From the IMG/VR virus record IMGVR_UViG_3300032265_003945, positions 1 through 64,000 of that record: 64,000 nt of DNA. One strand, written 5' to 3'. The position numbers and the translations under genes were made by a program. The first letter of the stretch is position 1. Each line of letters begins with the position of its first letter. Below, piece after piece: positions 53,451 to 62,033 of the stretch. The notes under the pieces were generated by a model. The model searched no databases and had not been told where the DNA came from. It saw only the letters and a list, made by a program, of their open reading frames with translations. Origin of the DNA: a virus.

Positions 53451-53972
53451 TTAGACTTTGCTCATGAGAACATCTTTCTTCTCTTTTCTTTCTTTTTTAC
53501 TATCTATGTCATGATGGTCTAACAAACCCTCTACGTACTTCTCTGCTTGATTGTCTCCAAATTCTCTAGAAATATATTCTATTTGATTTTGAAAACCCTC
53601 TTGTTCATCTGGGTTGTCTAGGTATTCCCCTTCGTCTGCGCCTTTCGTTGGCTTGTTTTTAAAACATTGTTGCAGATAGTGGGAAACTTCATGAATTAAG
53701 TACCCGTAATCTTTAAAGAAATCTCCATCCGCCAATAATTTATAATTTAAAGTAATTATTCCGTGCGAAGTAGTGGCGGAAACTTCAATATCTCCAAATC
53801 TCATTGGGATTAAATCTAAAAAAGAAATATCAACGCCAAAGTCTTGAAAAACTTTTTTCATAACTTCATCAGTTTTTAAAAACTTTTTAGCTCGATTAAT
53901 TATATTTAAAAGAGATTTAGGAGACCTCTTTTTTATTTCTTCGATGGTATATTTCTTTTTACCCTGGATCAT
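53451..53972 (-). CDS. Zincin-like (HExxH) metallopeptidase domain protein
   Basis: LIHEVSHYLQ with downstream YLDNPDEQEGF. Confidence 0.65.
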   Translation of the reverse strand: MIQGKKKYTIEEIKKRSPKSLLNIINRAKKFLKTDEVMKKVFQDFGVDISFLDLIPMRFGDIEVSATTSHGIITLNYKLLADGDFFKDYGYLIHEVSHYLQQCFKNKPTKGADEGEYLDNPDEQEGFQNQIEYISREFGDNQAEKYVEGLLDHHDIDSKKERKEKKDVLMSKV

Positions 53973-54002
53973 AGCTTAATGCGAATAAATTAATATAATT
54001 TT

Positions 54003-54376
54003 ATGAAAAATACTTATTATGTAGCTTTATCAAAAATTGATGGCAAAGGAGTTTTTGCCGACCAATATTTTGTAACCGGAGATTATATTGGAAAATGTTT
54101 AATTTCTATTTTAAAACAAGATAAAAAAGAAGATAAAGAGTATGGTTATAGTGATGTTTCCGAGAGATTAGGAACTTTGGTGCAAAAAAAACTAAATTAG
54201 AAAAATATTTAAACCACAGCCCTCAACCCAATGCAGAATTATTTTTTCATCATGGACTGGAGTTACATTTAAAAGCAATTGCTGATATTGCTAAAGATGA
54301 AGAAATTACAGTAAATTATGGAGATGCTTTTCCTAAGATAGATCAGTTGCAGATAAAGTTTATTAAATTAATCTAA
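54003..54376 (+). pseudogene. SET-domain methyltransferase gene split by a -1 frameshift in an A8 tract
   Basis: Frame 1 gives SKIDGKGVFA. The -1 frame after 54184-54191 gives KYLNHSPQPN..AIADIAKDEEITVNYG, with a stop at 54376. Confidence 0.8.
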
Positions 54377-55063
54377 TAAAAATCCTGGATGGATAACTAC
54401 AGTACATTCTGATTGCTCGGTTCCTCCTTCAGATCCAAGAACAAAAGCTTTATTAGTAGGAACTTCAAATATTTTATCATTATTATCTACTATAGAAGAA
54501 AATCCTAAGCCACCACCACCACCACCACCCCAATTTCCAAATCTTGTTTCACAATGACCGGTATCTAAATTAATTATAGCTACATATCCTCTTTTGTAAT
54601 CATAGATGGATTGATTTTGAGGATTAACCACATTAGATTTAATTAATCTTACAGTTCTTTTTTTATATTTAATATTTTCTTTTAAAGCTTTTTGTAATTT
54701 TTTAGATAAACTAGATGTTGCGACTCGGTCGCCCGACCATTTATTAAATTTAGAGTCAGCGGGAGCTTCTTTTAAACTTTCAAAAAAATCATCTTCTGTT
54801 TTATCTACTTTTGTTTTATCTACTACAACATCTTCATGGAATTTTTTAAGTACTTCCCAGGCTTCATTTATATCAACGATATTTTGCGATCCGCCTAAAT
54901 CTGAGCGATCTGGATGAAATTGAAAAGATTTTTTCTTATAAGCTCTTTTTATTTCTTCTAGACTAGCATGAAGAGAGACTTCTAAAATTTGAGCAGCCCT
55001 TTCAGGACTCATAGAAGCTAATTTAAAAAATAAATTTATTTTATCAAATAGTTTTTTAGACAT
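54368..55063 (-). CDS. J-domain (DnaJ-like) protein
   Basis: IKRAYKKKSFQFHPDR..INEAWEVL, with the HPD motif intact. Confidence 0.85.
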   Translation of the reverse strand: MSKKLFDKINLFFKLASMSPERAAQILEVSLHASLEEIKRAYKKKSFQFHPDRSDLGGSQNIVDINEAWEVLKKFHEDVVVDKTKVDKTEDDFFESLKEAPADSKFNKWSGDRVATSSLSKKLQKALKENIKYKKRTVRLIKSNVVNPQNQSIYDYKRGYVAIINLDTGHCETRFGNWGGGGGGGLGFSSIVDNNDKIFEVPTNKAFVLGSEGGTEQSECTVVIHPGFLLD

Positions 55064-55079
55064 GATTTAATATTAAATA

Positions 55080-55478
55080 ATGCCCAATATAGAAAAAATA
55101 ATTTACAAAAAATAAAAAATAAAAGAAAAAGATAAACAGAAAAGTAAAAAGTATTATCAAAAAAATAAACAAAAAATTCTTAGTCTAGAAAAAGAAAAAT
55201 ATTTAAATAATAAAGAAAAAATACAAGAAAAAAATAAAATTTATTATGTAAATAATAAAGAAAAAGTTTTATTGTCAAGTAAGAAATATTATTTAAATAA
55301 TAAAAATAAAATTAATAATTATTATAAAAATTATTATAAAAATAAAAGAAAAGTAAATGTTAATTTTAAGATAAAAACAGCAATTTCTGCCAATATAAGT
55401 TTTTATTTAAAAAATAATAATTTAAGTAAAAATAAAAAATCTACATTAAAATATTTAAATTATTCCATTGAAGAATAA
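55080..55478 (+). pseudogene. Truncated HNH-endonuclease remnant
   Basis: KIKTAISANISFYLK..SKNKKSTLKYLNY closely matches the HNH at 56246. There is an in-frame TAA at 55113 and the catalytic half is absent. Confidence 0.75.
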
Positions 55479-55572
55479 AAACCAACGAGAATTAAACTTT
55501 ATCTCTGGCAGATCTATCTCATGATTAAGTGCTGCATTTAAACCTGCATCTATTTCTAGATTACACCTGTTA
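55476..55572 (-). pseudogene. TnpB (IS200/IS605-family) C-terminal remnant
   Basis: Minus-strand translation NRCNLEIDAGLNAALNHEIDLPEI resembles the zinc-ribbon end plus RuvC-III motif DxDxNAAxN. Confidence 0.6.
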
Positions 55573-55689
55573 CTTTCTCTTCGGGCAAAGAAAGATATTG
55601 CAGAAGGAGAAGAGATTACGGTAGAATATGGAGACGCTTTTGAAAAAATAGATCAGCTGCAAAGAGATCTTGTTGCAAAAATAAAATAA
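55573..55689 (+). pseudogene. Second SET-domain C-terminal remnant
   Basis: LSLRAKKDIAEGEEITVEYGDAFEKIDQLQ, paralogous to the C-terminus of the split SET gene. Confidence 0.75.
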
Positions 55690-56229
55690 TTATGTTGTTG
55701 GAATCTTATTTTTACTTATATTTGCCAATTGTTTTTTTACTTCTTCGGCTTGTTGATCTGTCATTTTCGATGGAGCGGCGGGAGATTGTGTGGGGCGAGG
55801 AGCTGCCACAGCTCCTCCCGGTAAGCTGGCAACCAATCTTTGTAAATTTTCAATTGGACCCATCCTAACGTCCTTGCTAACATATTCTTCGCCCATAGAA
55901 GATAGCACCAGCGGTACTTTGATATTTTGCTTGTTTCCTTTTAGGACATTAATAAACGCATTTATCTTATAATTTAAGGAAGTTTTATTAATTAGCGAAG
56001 CATTAGATGCTTCCAATATATCTTCAATATAACCTTTAATTATATTGGGTAATTTTGAAGGAGGAACATTGGCTTTTTGAGAAATCACTTGCCCGCAATA
56101 GTAAGAAGAATATCCAGATAATTGCTGAGCTGCTTGTTTGATTTGCTCAACGAGCGGTGAAGGTTGGCTACTTTGAGCTAATTTAATTTCAAATCTATTG
56201 GCTAATTTAATTGCTTTGCTAATATTCAT
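55690..56229 (-). CDS. Hypothetical protein with N-terminal KLANRF..KLA motif
   Basis: Likely start MNISKAIKLANRFEIKLAQ at 56229, which avoids overlap with the divergent HNH gene. Confidence 0.6.
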   Translation of the reverse strand: MNISKAIKLANRFEIKLAQSSQPSPLVEQIKQAAQQLSGYSSYYCGQVISQKANVPPSKLPNIIKGYIEDILEASNASLINKTSLNYKINAFINVLKGNKQNIKVPLVLSSMGEEYVSKDVRMGPIENLQRLVASLPGGAVAAPRPTQSPAAPSKMTDQQAEEVKKQLANISKNKIPTT

Positions 56230-56245
56230 GACTATATTCAATTTT

Positions 56246-56947
56246 ATGAGCATATTAAAAACTTGTAATAAATGTAAGAAAGAAAAAAATTGCAATAATT
56301 TCAACTTTTCTCAATTCAAAAATAAATTCGGTAGATACAAAGAGTGCATCTCTCACTACAATAAAAAATATAGAGAAGATAATTTAGATAAAATTAAAGA
56401 ATCGGACAGAAAAAGCTCTATGGCTTATTACTCTAAAAATAAAAAAGAAATTTTAGATAAATACAATAAAAAGCACTACAACGGGACGAGACAAAGATTT
56501 GCCAGATCTAAACAATTTAGCATTAAAAATTATAATAAAGAATATCAAAAAAATAAAAGAAAAAATAACATTCAGTTTAAATTAAAAACAAACATATCAG
56601 CAAATATTAATTTTTATTTAAAAGTTAACGGTAAAAGCAAAAATAAAAAATCAACATTAAAACATTTACCATACAAGGTAGACGAGTTAAAGATTCATTT
56701 AGAATCTCTATTTCAGCCTTGGATGAACTGGAATAATTATGGCAAATACAATCCGAAAACTTGGGATGACGGCGACTCTGCCACTTGGACTTGGCAAATA
56801 GATCATGTCATCCCTCACTCCACTTTTAATTATTCTTCCATGGAAGATGCGGACTTTAAGAGATGCTGGTCGTTAAGTAACCTAAGACCCTACTCATCCA
56901 GAGATAATTTTATGGACGGAGTGAGGCGGGTTAGGCATCTTAAATAA
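56246..56947 (+). CDS. Free-standing HNH-type homing endonuclease
   Basis: MSILKTCNKCK start and WQIDHVIP..CWSLSNLRPY. Confidence 0.8.
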   Translation: MSILKTCNKCKKEKNCNNFNFSQFKNKFGRYKECISHYNKKYREDNLDKIKESDRKSSMAYYSKNKKEILDKYNKKHYNGTRQRFARSKQFSIKNYNKEYQKNKRKNNIQFKLKTNISANINFYLKVNGKSKNKKSTLKHLPYKVDELKIHLESLFQPWMNWNNYGKYNPKTWDDGDSATWTWQIDHVIPHSTFNYSSMEDADFKRCWSLSNLRPYSSRDNFMDGVRRVRHLK

Positions 56948-56955
56948 CGCTGAGG

Positions 56956-57858
56956 TCAAAGTATTTTTCGTTCTTTAAGATGCCTAAGCCTTCGTACCGC
57001 AGGGTTGAAACCACTGCTCATGCTCCAGACACCTAAGCCCTTTGGTTGAGGTCTTAGGCTATTTTTTATATATTTAAGTTTATCCCAATAATTGGTTAGC
57101 AGAGTTCCATATTGACTGTTCAACAAATCGCTGACGCCAGGCAACTGGAATGAAATCCCGTTATCGGTGACGTTAATCTCGTTTCCTTTCTCGATTAACG
57201 CACGGCTCGCTAATGCATATAAAGTTGCCCCTTCGACCAATATTTCTCCAAATTGATCTATGAACATATCGTCATCAAATTGAAAATAGGTAAAATAGGG
57301 AACTTGATTGAAGTCCCAGAGGGCTCCTGCTAACATGGTAACTAACTGGTCTACGGAAAAGATGTCGCAAGTAACGTAAACTGTATTTCCATATTTATCT
57401 GTGGTCTTGACTTTCCCCGAGCTATTTAATCTTCTTTTTAACAATCTAAGTAGTTTGTTAATATTTTTAATGGCTATCTGAGAATAATCAAATTCGGGCG
57501 TATCACCCAAATGAGCATATCCATCGCTATTTATTGCAGGGACATCCGTAGCACTAACGATAAAAGAAAAATTAGTCTCTACTCTAAAGCCATTAACAAA
57601 ACCCACCCAAATATCGGAATAAACACCCAAGGGTCCATTGTAACCTACCGTATAAACAAAAGAATACTTTCCCGTGTCCACTTTAGCCACACCAGCAGAA
57701 GTGGGTCCAAAAGACACTAATCCTGTCGGATCTACTACCGTGATAGTGGGAAAAATATCCGTATCAATAGGGTTTCCTTGTGCGTCCTTAAATTGGACGG
57801 TTAAGTTAACTTGATCGTTTAAGTCAAGCATTTCCCCACGGGCTTTGATAGTTGCCAT
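56956..57858 (-). CDS. Putative head-tail adaptor/neck protein with N-terminal Ig-like domain
   Basis: Start MATIKARG with a GAGG RBS; a beta-rich N-terminus followed by helical FSVDQL..ALWDFN..TDNGIS. Confidence 0.55.
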   Translation of the reverse strand: MATIKARGEMLDLNDQVNLTVQFKDAQGNPIDTDIFPTITVVDPTGLVSFGPTSAGVAKVDTGKYSFVYTVGYNGPLGVYSDIWVGFVNGFRVETNFSFIVSATDVPAINSDGYAHLGDTPEFDYSQIAIKNINKLLRLLKRRLNSSGKVKTTDKYGNTVYVTCDIFSVDQLVTMLAGALWDFNQVPYFTYFQFDDDMFIDQFGEILVEGATLYALASRALIEKGNEINVTDNGISFQLPGVSDLLNSQYGTLLTNYWDKLKYIKNSLRPQPKGLGVWSMSSGFNPAVRRLRHLKERKIL

Positions 57859-57892
57859 GGATAAATTCCTCTTTATTGATATATGTTTTTTT

Positions 57893-58699
57893 ATGCCTGC
57901 AAAAATAAGTGAAGATGTTTCTAAACAAATATGCAATTTATATTTATCCGGAGAAAAGGGAACTAATCTTAAAAAAATATTTAATTTAAATATTAAAACT
58001 ATTTACAGTATTTTGTTTAGGAACGGAATTCAAATTAGGTCGCCGGAAGATTCTAAAAGAAAATTTAATTTTGATCAAAATTATTTTGATCAAATTGATT
58101 GTCCCAGAAAAGCTTATTGGCTTGGCTTCATAGCCGGTGACGGCGGGATCGTAAGAAATTGTTTAAGATTTAACCTATCTAAACAAGATATTAATATTTT
58201 AAAACAGTTTAAAAAAGATTTAAAATCAGATCATAAAATAGAGCAATATTGCAATAATATTGTTAGTTTCACTTTAACTTCTAAAAAATTAAAAGAATCC
58301 TTAGCGCAATGGGAAATTTATCCCTCTAAATCTAAAATATTATCTCTTTGTTCAAAAATTCCAGATCAATTTATTAATTATTATTTATTAGGGATTTTTG
58401 ATGCAGATGGTTGCTTTAGCGTAGATAAGCGGCGAGGAATTAGATATTGCATGATCGGCTCCACTATATCTATGTTGCAAATTCAAGAAATTTTAATTAA
58501 AAAATGTGGAGTAAATAGAGTAAAGCTTCACTCGCACCCAAGCGAAGGAATATCTCAACTTCATTATTCTGGAAATCGTCAAGTTAAAAAAATTGTAGAT
58601 TTTTTATATAAAAATCTAGATGTTTGCTTAGATAGAAAATTTAAAATCGCTTCTGATTTTTATTCTTTAGATCCCTTAAAAAATTACACTGCGCTATAA
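57893..58699 (+). CDS. Free-standing LAGLIDADG homing endonuclease
   Basis: KAYWLGFIAGDG and YLLGIFDADG, an N-terminal HTH and LDRK near the C-terminus. Confidence 0.88.
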   Translation: MPAKISEDVSKQICNLYLSGEKGTNLKKIFNLNIKTIYSILFRNGIQIRSPEDSKRKFNFDQNYFDQIDCPRKAYWLGFIAGDGGIVRNCLRFNLSKQDINILKQFKKDLKSDHKIEQYCNNIVSFTLTSKKLKESLAQWEIYPSKSKILSLCSKIPDQFINYYLLGIFDADGCFSVDKRRGIRYCMIGSTISMLQIQEILIKKCGVNRVKLHSHPSEGISQLHYSGNRQVKKIVDFLYKNLDVCLDRKFKIASDFYSLDPLKNYTAL

Positions 58700-59013
58700 A
58701 TTCCATACGGAGCACTTACCACTAATTGATAAATAATTTCTTGCACGGCAAGAGTAAAAGGATCGATATAGGTGACGTCAACTAAGTACGAACCTACTGC
58801 AGAAGCTCCGGTGGGAATAGTAAAGTAGGAAACATACAGTCCTGTAGCTACTTGAACCATCGGGCCAGTGTAACCATCTATTAACTCTAAGGCAGGATTC
58901 CAGATATTAGCTACTCTCGGAAGCTCCGAACAATCCATGCGATAACCGTCTGGACCAGTCGTCTCTAATACGATAGAGGCTTTTTGTCCCGGAGTGTATT
59001 GTAAAATGTTCAT
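58684..59013 (-). CDS. Small Ig-like virion protein
   Basis: Beta-rich (TGLYVSYFTIP..GSYLVDV), similar in pattern to the N-terminal domain of the 56956 ORF. Confidence 0.5.
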   Translation of the reverse strand: MNILQYTPGQKASIVLETTGPDGYRMDCSELPRVANIWNPALELIDGYTGPMVQVATGLYVSYFTIPTGASAVGSYLVDVTYIDPFTLAVQEIIYQLVVSAPYGIYSAV

Positions 59014-59015
59014 GT

Positions 59016-59327
59016 CTACCAAGCCTCGATACGAACAGAAATGCTAGGTCCGCCAGACTTGACTCTTAACCAAATCATGGATACAGTTCTGTTATCAAAA
59101 ATTATTCCTTTGGTAAGATCAGCAGAGTTTAACTCTGTATGAACCGTGTTGCCATTAAAAGAAACCTCAACTACTCCCGATCCTTCATTTAAAAATAAAA
59201 TACCGTTGGTAGAGAAAGTAATGATGGCGCTGGGATAATCTGAAAAAGTTGCGCTACTAACGTCAATTCTTTGAAAGAAATTAAAATCTTTTCCCTGAGT
59301 TTTTTTACCAATTTCATAGAAAGCCAT
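59016..59327 (-). CDS. Small beta-rich virion protein
   Basis: NEGSGVVEVSFNG and an AGGTG RBS; first gene of the minus-strand structural run. Confidence 0.5.
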   Translation of the reverse strand: MAFYEIGKKTQGKDFNFFQRIDVSSATFSDYPSAIITFSTNGILFLNEGSGVVEVSFNGNTVHTELNSADLTKGIIFDNRTVSMIWLRVKSGGPSISVRIEAW

Positions 59328-59382
59328 GGTTCACCTATTTTAATGCAATTTTATTCCTCTAAAGGTAGGATATATAGATATT

Positions 59383-60444
59383 ATGAGTAAATACGCCGAA
59401 GTTGTTTCCATTAATGGTCAAAAAATTGACAAAAAGTATGTAGCTTCCTTAGATAAGCAAGGTCGAGAGAATTTGGTTGAGCCCCTGTTTAATCATTTTA
59501 GGAATCAGGGATGGTTGTATCCAGATGAAGAAGGTAAAATTAAAAGTGAATATCAGAAATTAGTAGATCATGTCCCTGATCTTTCTTCTGACGTTTTATT
59601 TAATAATTCCTCTCTTGCCACTAATATTTGTAAATTTTTCTGTCATAAATTTTATCATGCTACGGAAAAAGGCAAGAGAAACATGATTGAGGTTTTTAAT
59701 GACGATCAATCATTAAAAAAATTAATTAGAAATAGATTGGGTATGGATTGGTACGATCCCGCTAATAACCCTCAGGGAGTAGAGGAAACTTTTCATATCT
59801 CATTTCGAATGATGGTTCAAGGGCTCAGAAGCAGTAGACTAGTTCCTTCTATTTCTGTTTTTAAGCCCGATGTTGCTAAATACATGTACACTAAATATTC
59901 TCAACCAGAAGACACTGTATTTGATTACAGCGCTGGGTGGGGCGCTCGAATGCTGGGAGCCGCTTCTTGCAATCGAAAGTATATAGGAGTGGATCCCTGG
60001 ACCATCGATGAGCTAGAGACAATGAAAAATTATCTAGATCTAAAAGAGGTAACTCTTATTCAAGATGGATCGGAGAATGTTAGCTTAGGAGAAAATACGA
60101 TTGATTTTTCTTTTTCTAGCCCTCCCTATGTTACTGATAAATCTTTTATTAAAGAGTTTTATTGTCAAGACGATAATCAAGCTTATAGTCAAGGCATCGA
60201 TTCTTTTTATAACAATTATTGGAAGAATACTTTGCTCAATGTAAAAGCTATGCTCAAGCCCGGAAAATGGTTTGGCTTAAATGTTACTAGAGACTGCAGT
60301 AAAATGGTAGAGATGGCGAAAGCTGTTTTTGGAGAGCCAGTAGAAGAAGTTAGTTTAAGACTTGTTAAGTCGCATCTTAACAAGAAAGGCAAAGAAGATG
60401 CCACTAAGTATGAGCCTATTTTTATGTTTAAAAATATTAAATAA
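59383..60444 (+). CDS. SAM-dependent amino-methyltransferase (N4-C/N6-A DNA MTase-like)
   Basis: FDYSAGWGARMLG (motif I) and FSSPPY (motif IV). Confidence 0.8.
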   Translation: MSKYAEVVSINGQKIDKKYVASLDKQGRENLVEPLFNHFRNQGWLYPDEEGKIKSEYQKLVDHVPDLSSDVLFNNSSLATNICKFFCHKFYHATEKGKRNMIEVFNDDQSLKKLIRNRLGMDWYDPANNPQGVEETFHISFRMMVQGLRSSRLVPSISVFKPDVAKYMYTKYSQPEDTVFDYSAGWGARMLGAASCNRKYIGVDPWTIDELETMKNYLDLKEVTLIQDGSENVSLGENTIDFSFSSPPYVTDKSFIKEFYCQDDNQAYSQGIDSFYNNYWKNTLLNVKAMLKPGKWFGLNVTRDCSKMVEMAKAVFGEPVEEVSLRLVKSHLNKKGKEDATKYEPIFMFKNIK

Positions 60445-60446
60445 TT

Positions 60447-61205
60447 ATGTTTATTAACTCTTATTCCTGGAAGTGTTTGTTAGGTGCTCAAGCCAAAGAA
60501 ATTAAAGAATATGACGGAATCTACGCCTGGAAAGTGGGAAAGAGAAATCATTTGGTTGCTGATAGAAAATTAACCGAAGCAGATCTTGCCACTCTAAAAG
60601 AACACACTCCATGTAATTTTAATTACATGAGCAAAGATAACGTTGCTTTCTTAAAAAAATATTGCAAAATCACTACCTCTGCAGATCGATCAGTGGTTGT
60701 AGATTTAGAGAATTTTTCTTTAGACGGCGGAGAATTTAAAAAAACCAGACAATCATTTAATAAATGTAAGAAAAATAATCTTACCGTAGAAAGTAATTTT
60801 AGAAAACTAAAAGATGTCGAAGATATGGTTGAGGAATGGTCCAATGACTATACCGACAAATATTTTAGAGATTTCTCAGGTAAAAATTATTATTTCTATA
60901 AAAATAATTTTCATCAAGATTGTATTAATGTCTTTATTTATCACCAAGATGCCCTAGTAGCTTTTAGCACTCTGTCCCCTAATCAAAATGGGAACTCTGT
61001 GTATATTATTGGTAAAGCCTTGTATAAAAGATTTGCGGGAATATCAGAGTATGCTGATATCGTTGCTTATCAACAAGCAATTGCTTCTGGAGTAAAAAAA
61101 ATAGATATGGGACAAGCTCCCAAGAATCTTCTTAAATATAAAATGAAATATCCTGGAGCCTCAATAGAAGTAAGTTATGATGGAAAAATTTTAGAAGTTA
61201 TTTAG
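60447..61205 (+). CDS. DUF2156 / MprF-C-like GNAT-fold protein
   Basis: FSLDGGEFKKTRQSFNK, IIGKA and IDMGQ..LLKYKMKY resemble the aminoacyl-transferase domain. Confidence 0.55.
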   Translation: MFINSYSWKCLLGAQAKEIKEYDGIYAWKVGKRNHLVADRKLTEADLATLKEHTPCNFNYMSKDNVAFLKKYCKITTSADRSVVVDLENFSLDGGEFKKTRQSFNKCKKNNLTVESNFRKLKDVEDMVEEWSNDYTDKYFRDFSGKNYYFYKNNFHQDCINVFIYHQDALVAFSTLSPNQNGNSVYIIGKALYKRFAGISEYADIVAYQQAIASGVKKIDMGQAPKNLLKYKMKYPGASIEVSYDGKILEVI

Positions 61206-61658
61206 TTATTTACCGTAATGCTCTTCAGCGTGGCAATTAGGGCATAATAATTCTAAGTTATCTAAATCGTCAGATCCTCCATCTTTGCGCCTTATCTTAT
61301 GATGGATATTTAATATTTTTTGATTAGAGTAAGAGCATCTTTCGCAGAATTCTCCACGAAGAGCCACTAATCTAGATTTTAAAAATCTTTGAGTGGTAAC
61401 TTTATCTTTTCTAGGACCAGTTTTATATTTGCTGCCTATTTTTAATTTGTTAGCGCAAGCTTTGCTGCAATGTTTTTTATTTAACCCGCTTTTGAATTTA
61501 GAATTGCACACGGGGCAAGATTTCCAAATAATAGAAGCTTGAACATAGCATTGTTGAGAGCAGTAAACTTTACCCTTTTTAAGTTGAAAAGGTCGTCGAT
61601 AAATTGCCTTGCTGCATATTATGCAATTACAATTTGTTTTTCTGCTATATTTTTTCAT
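61206..61658 (-). CDS. HNH endonuclease with zinc-finger repeats
   Basis: CERC..IHHKIRRKDGGSDDLDNLELLCPNCHAEEH. True start MKKYSRK lies just downstream of the tRNA. Confidence 0.85.
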   Translation of the reverse strand: MKKYSRKTNCNCIICSKAIYRRPFQLKKGKVYCSQQCYVQASIIWKSCPVCNSKFKSGLNKKHCSKACANKLKIGSKYKTGPRKDKVTTQRFLKSRLVALRGEFCERCSYSNQKILNIHHKIRRKDGGSDDLDNLELLCPNCHAEEHYGK

Positions 61659-61666
61659 GAATAAAT

Positions 61667-61756
61667 TGGCGGAATTGGGCGGATTCGAACCGCCGGTACG
61701 GTTTCCCGTACACTGCATTTCCAATGCAGCTCCTTAAGCCACTCGGACACAATTCC
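61667..61756 (-). tRNA. trnS: tRNA-Ser(GGA)
   Basis: Acceptor stem GGAATTG/CAATTCC, anticodon arm CTGCA-TTGGAAA-TGCAG, long variable arm, TTCGAAT T-loop, G discriminator and encoded CCA. Confidence 0.95.
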
Positions 61757-61781
61757 AAACAATAATATAACATATCATTAG

Positions 61782-61967
61782 ATGTTTGATGATATTTTTT
61801 TAAAAAATCTTTCTTCAGAAGAAGCGGAGCAATTCATGGAAGATTTATGGGAGTGCGGAATTCCTCCTGTTTCTTTTGAGGAGTGGAAAGCTTTCTATCA
61901 TAAATGGAAAGATAGGGTAGAGCTTCCTGATCTTAATTTAGAAAATTACAATTTATTTAAAAAATAA
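61782..61967 (+). CDS. Small hypothetical protein
   Basis: 61-aa non-overlapping ORF with plausible composition. Confidence 0.5.
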   Translation: MFDDIFLKNLSSEEAEQFMEDLWECGIPPVSFEEWKAFYHKWKDRVELPDLNLENYNLFKK

Positions 61968-62033
61968 CCGGCTTGATATATTGAGTCCTGGACTTAAACT
62001 ATCTTAGTCCAACTTAAAACAAAAGGAAATTTT

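Noticed and set aside
54510-54530. CCA trinucleotide repeat as contingency locus
   Set aside because: It encodes an in-frame poly-Gly stretch, and length changes would not shift the frame.
57893-58699. LAGLIDADG as part of an intron or intein
   Set aside because: It lies antisense between two complete genes, with no split host gene or splice motifs.
61659-61724. N-terminal extension of the 61206..61724 ORF
   Set aside because: It overlaps the tRNA-Ser gene; the real start is probably 61658.
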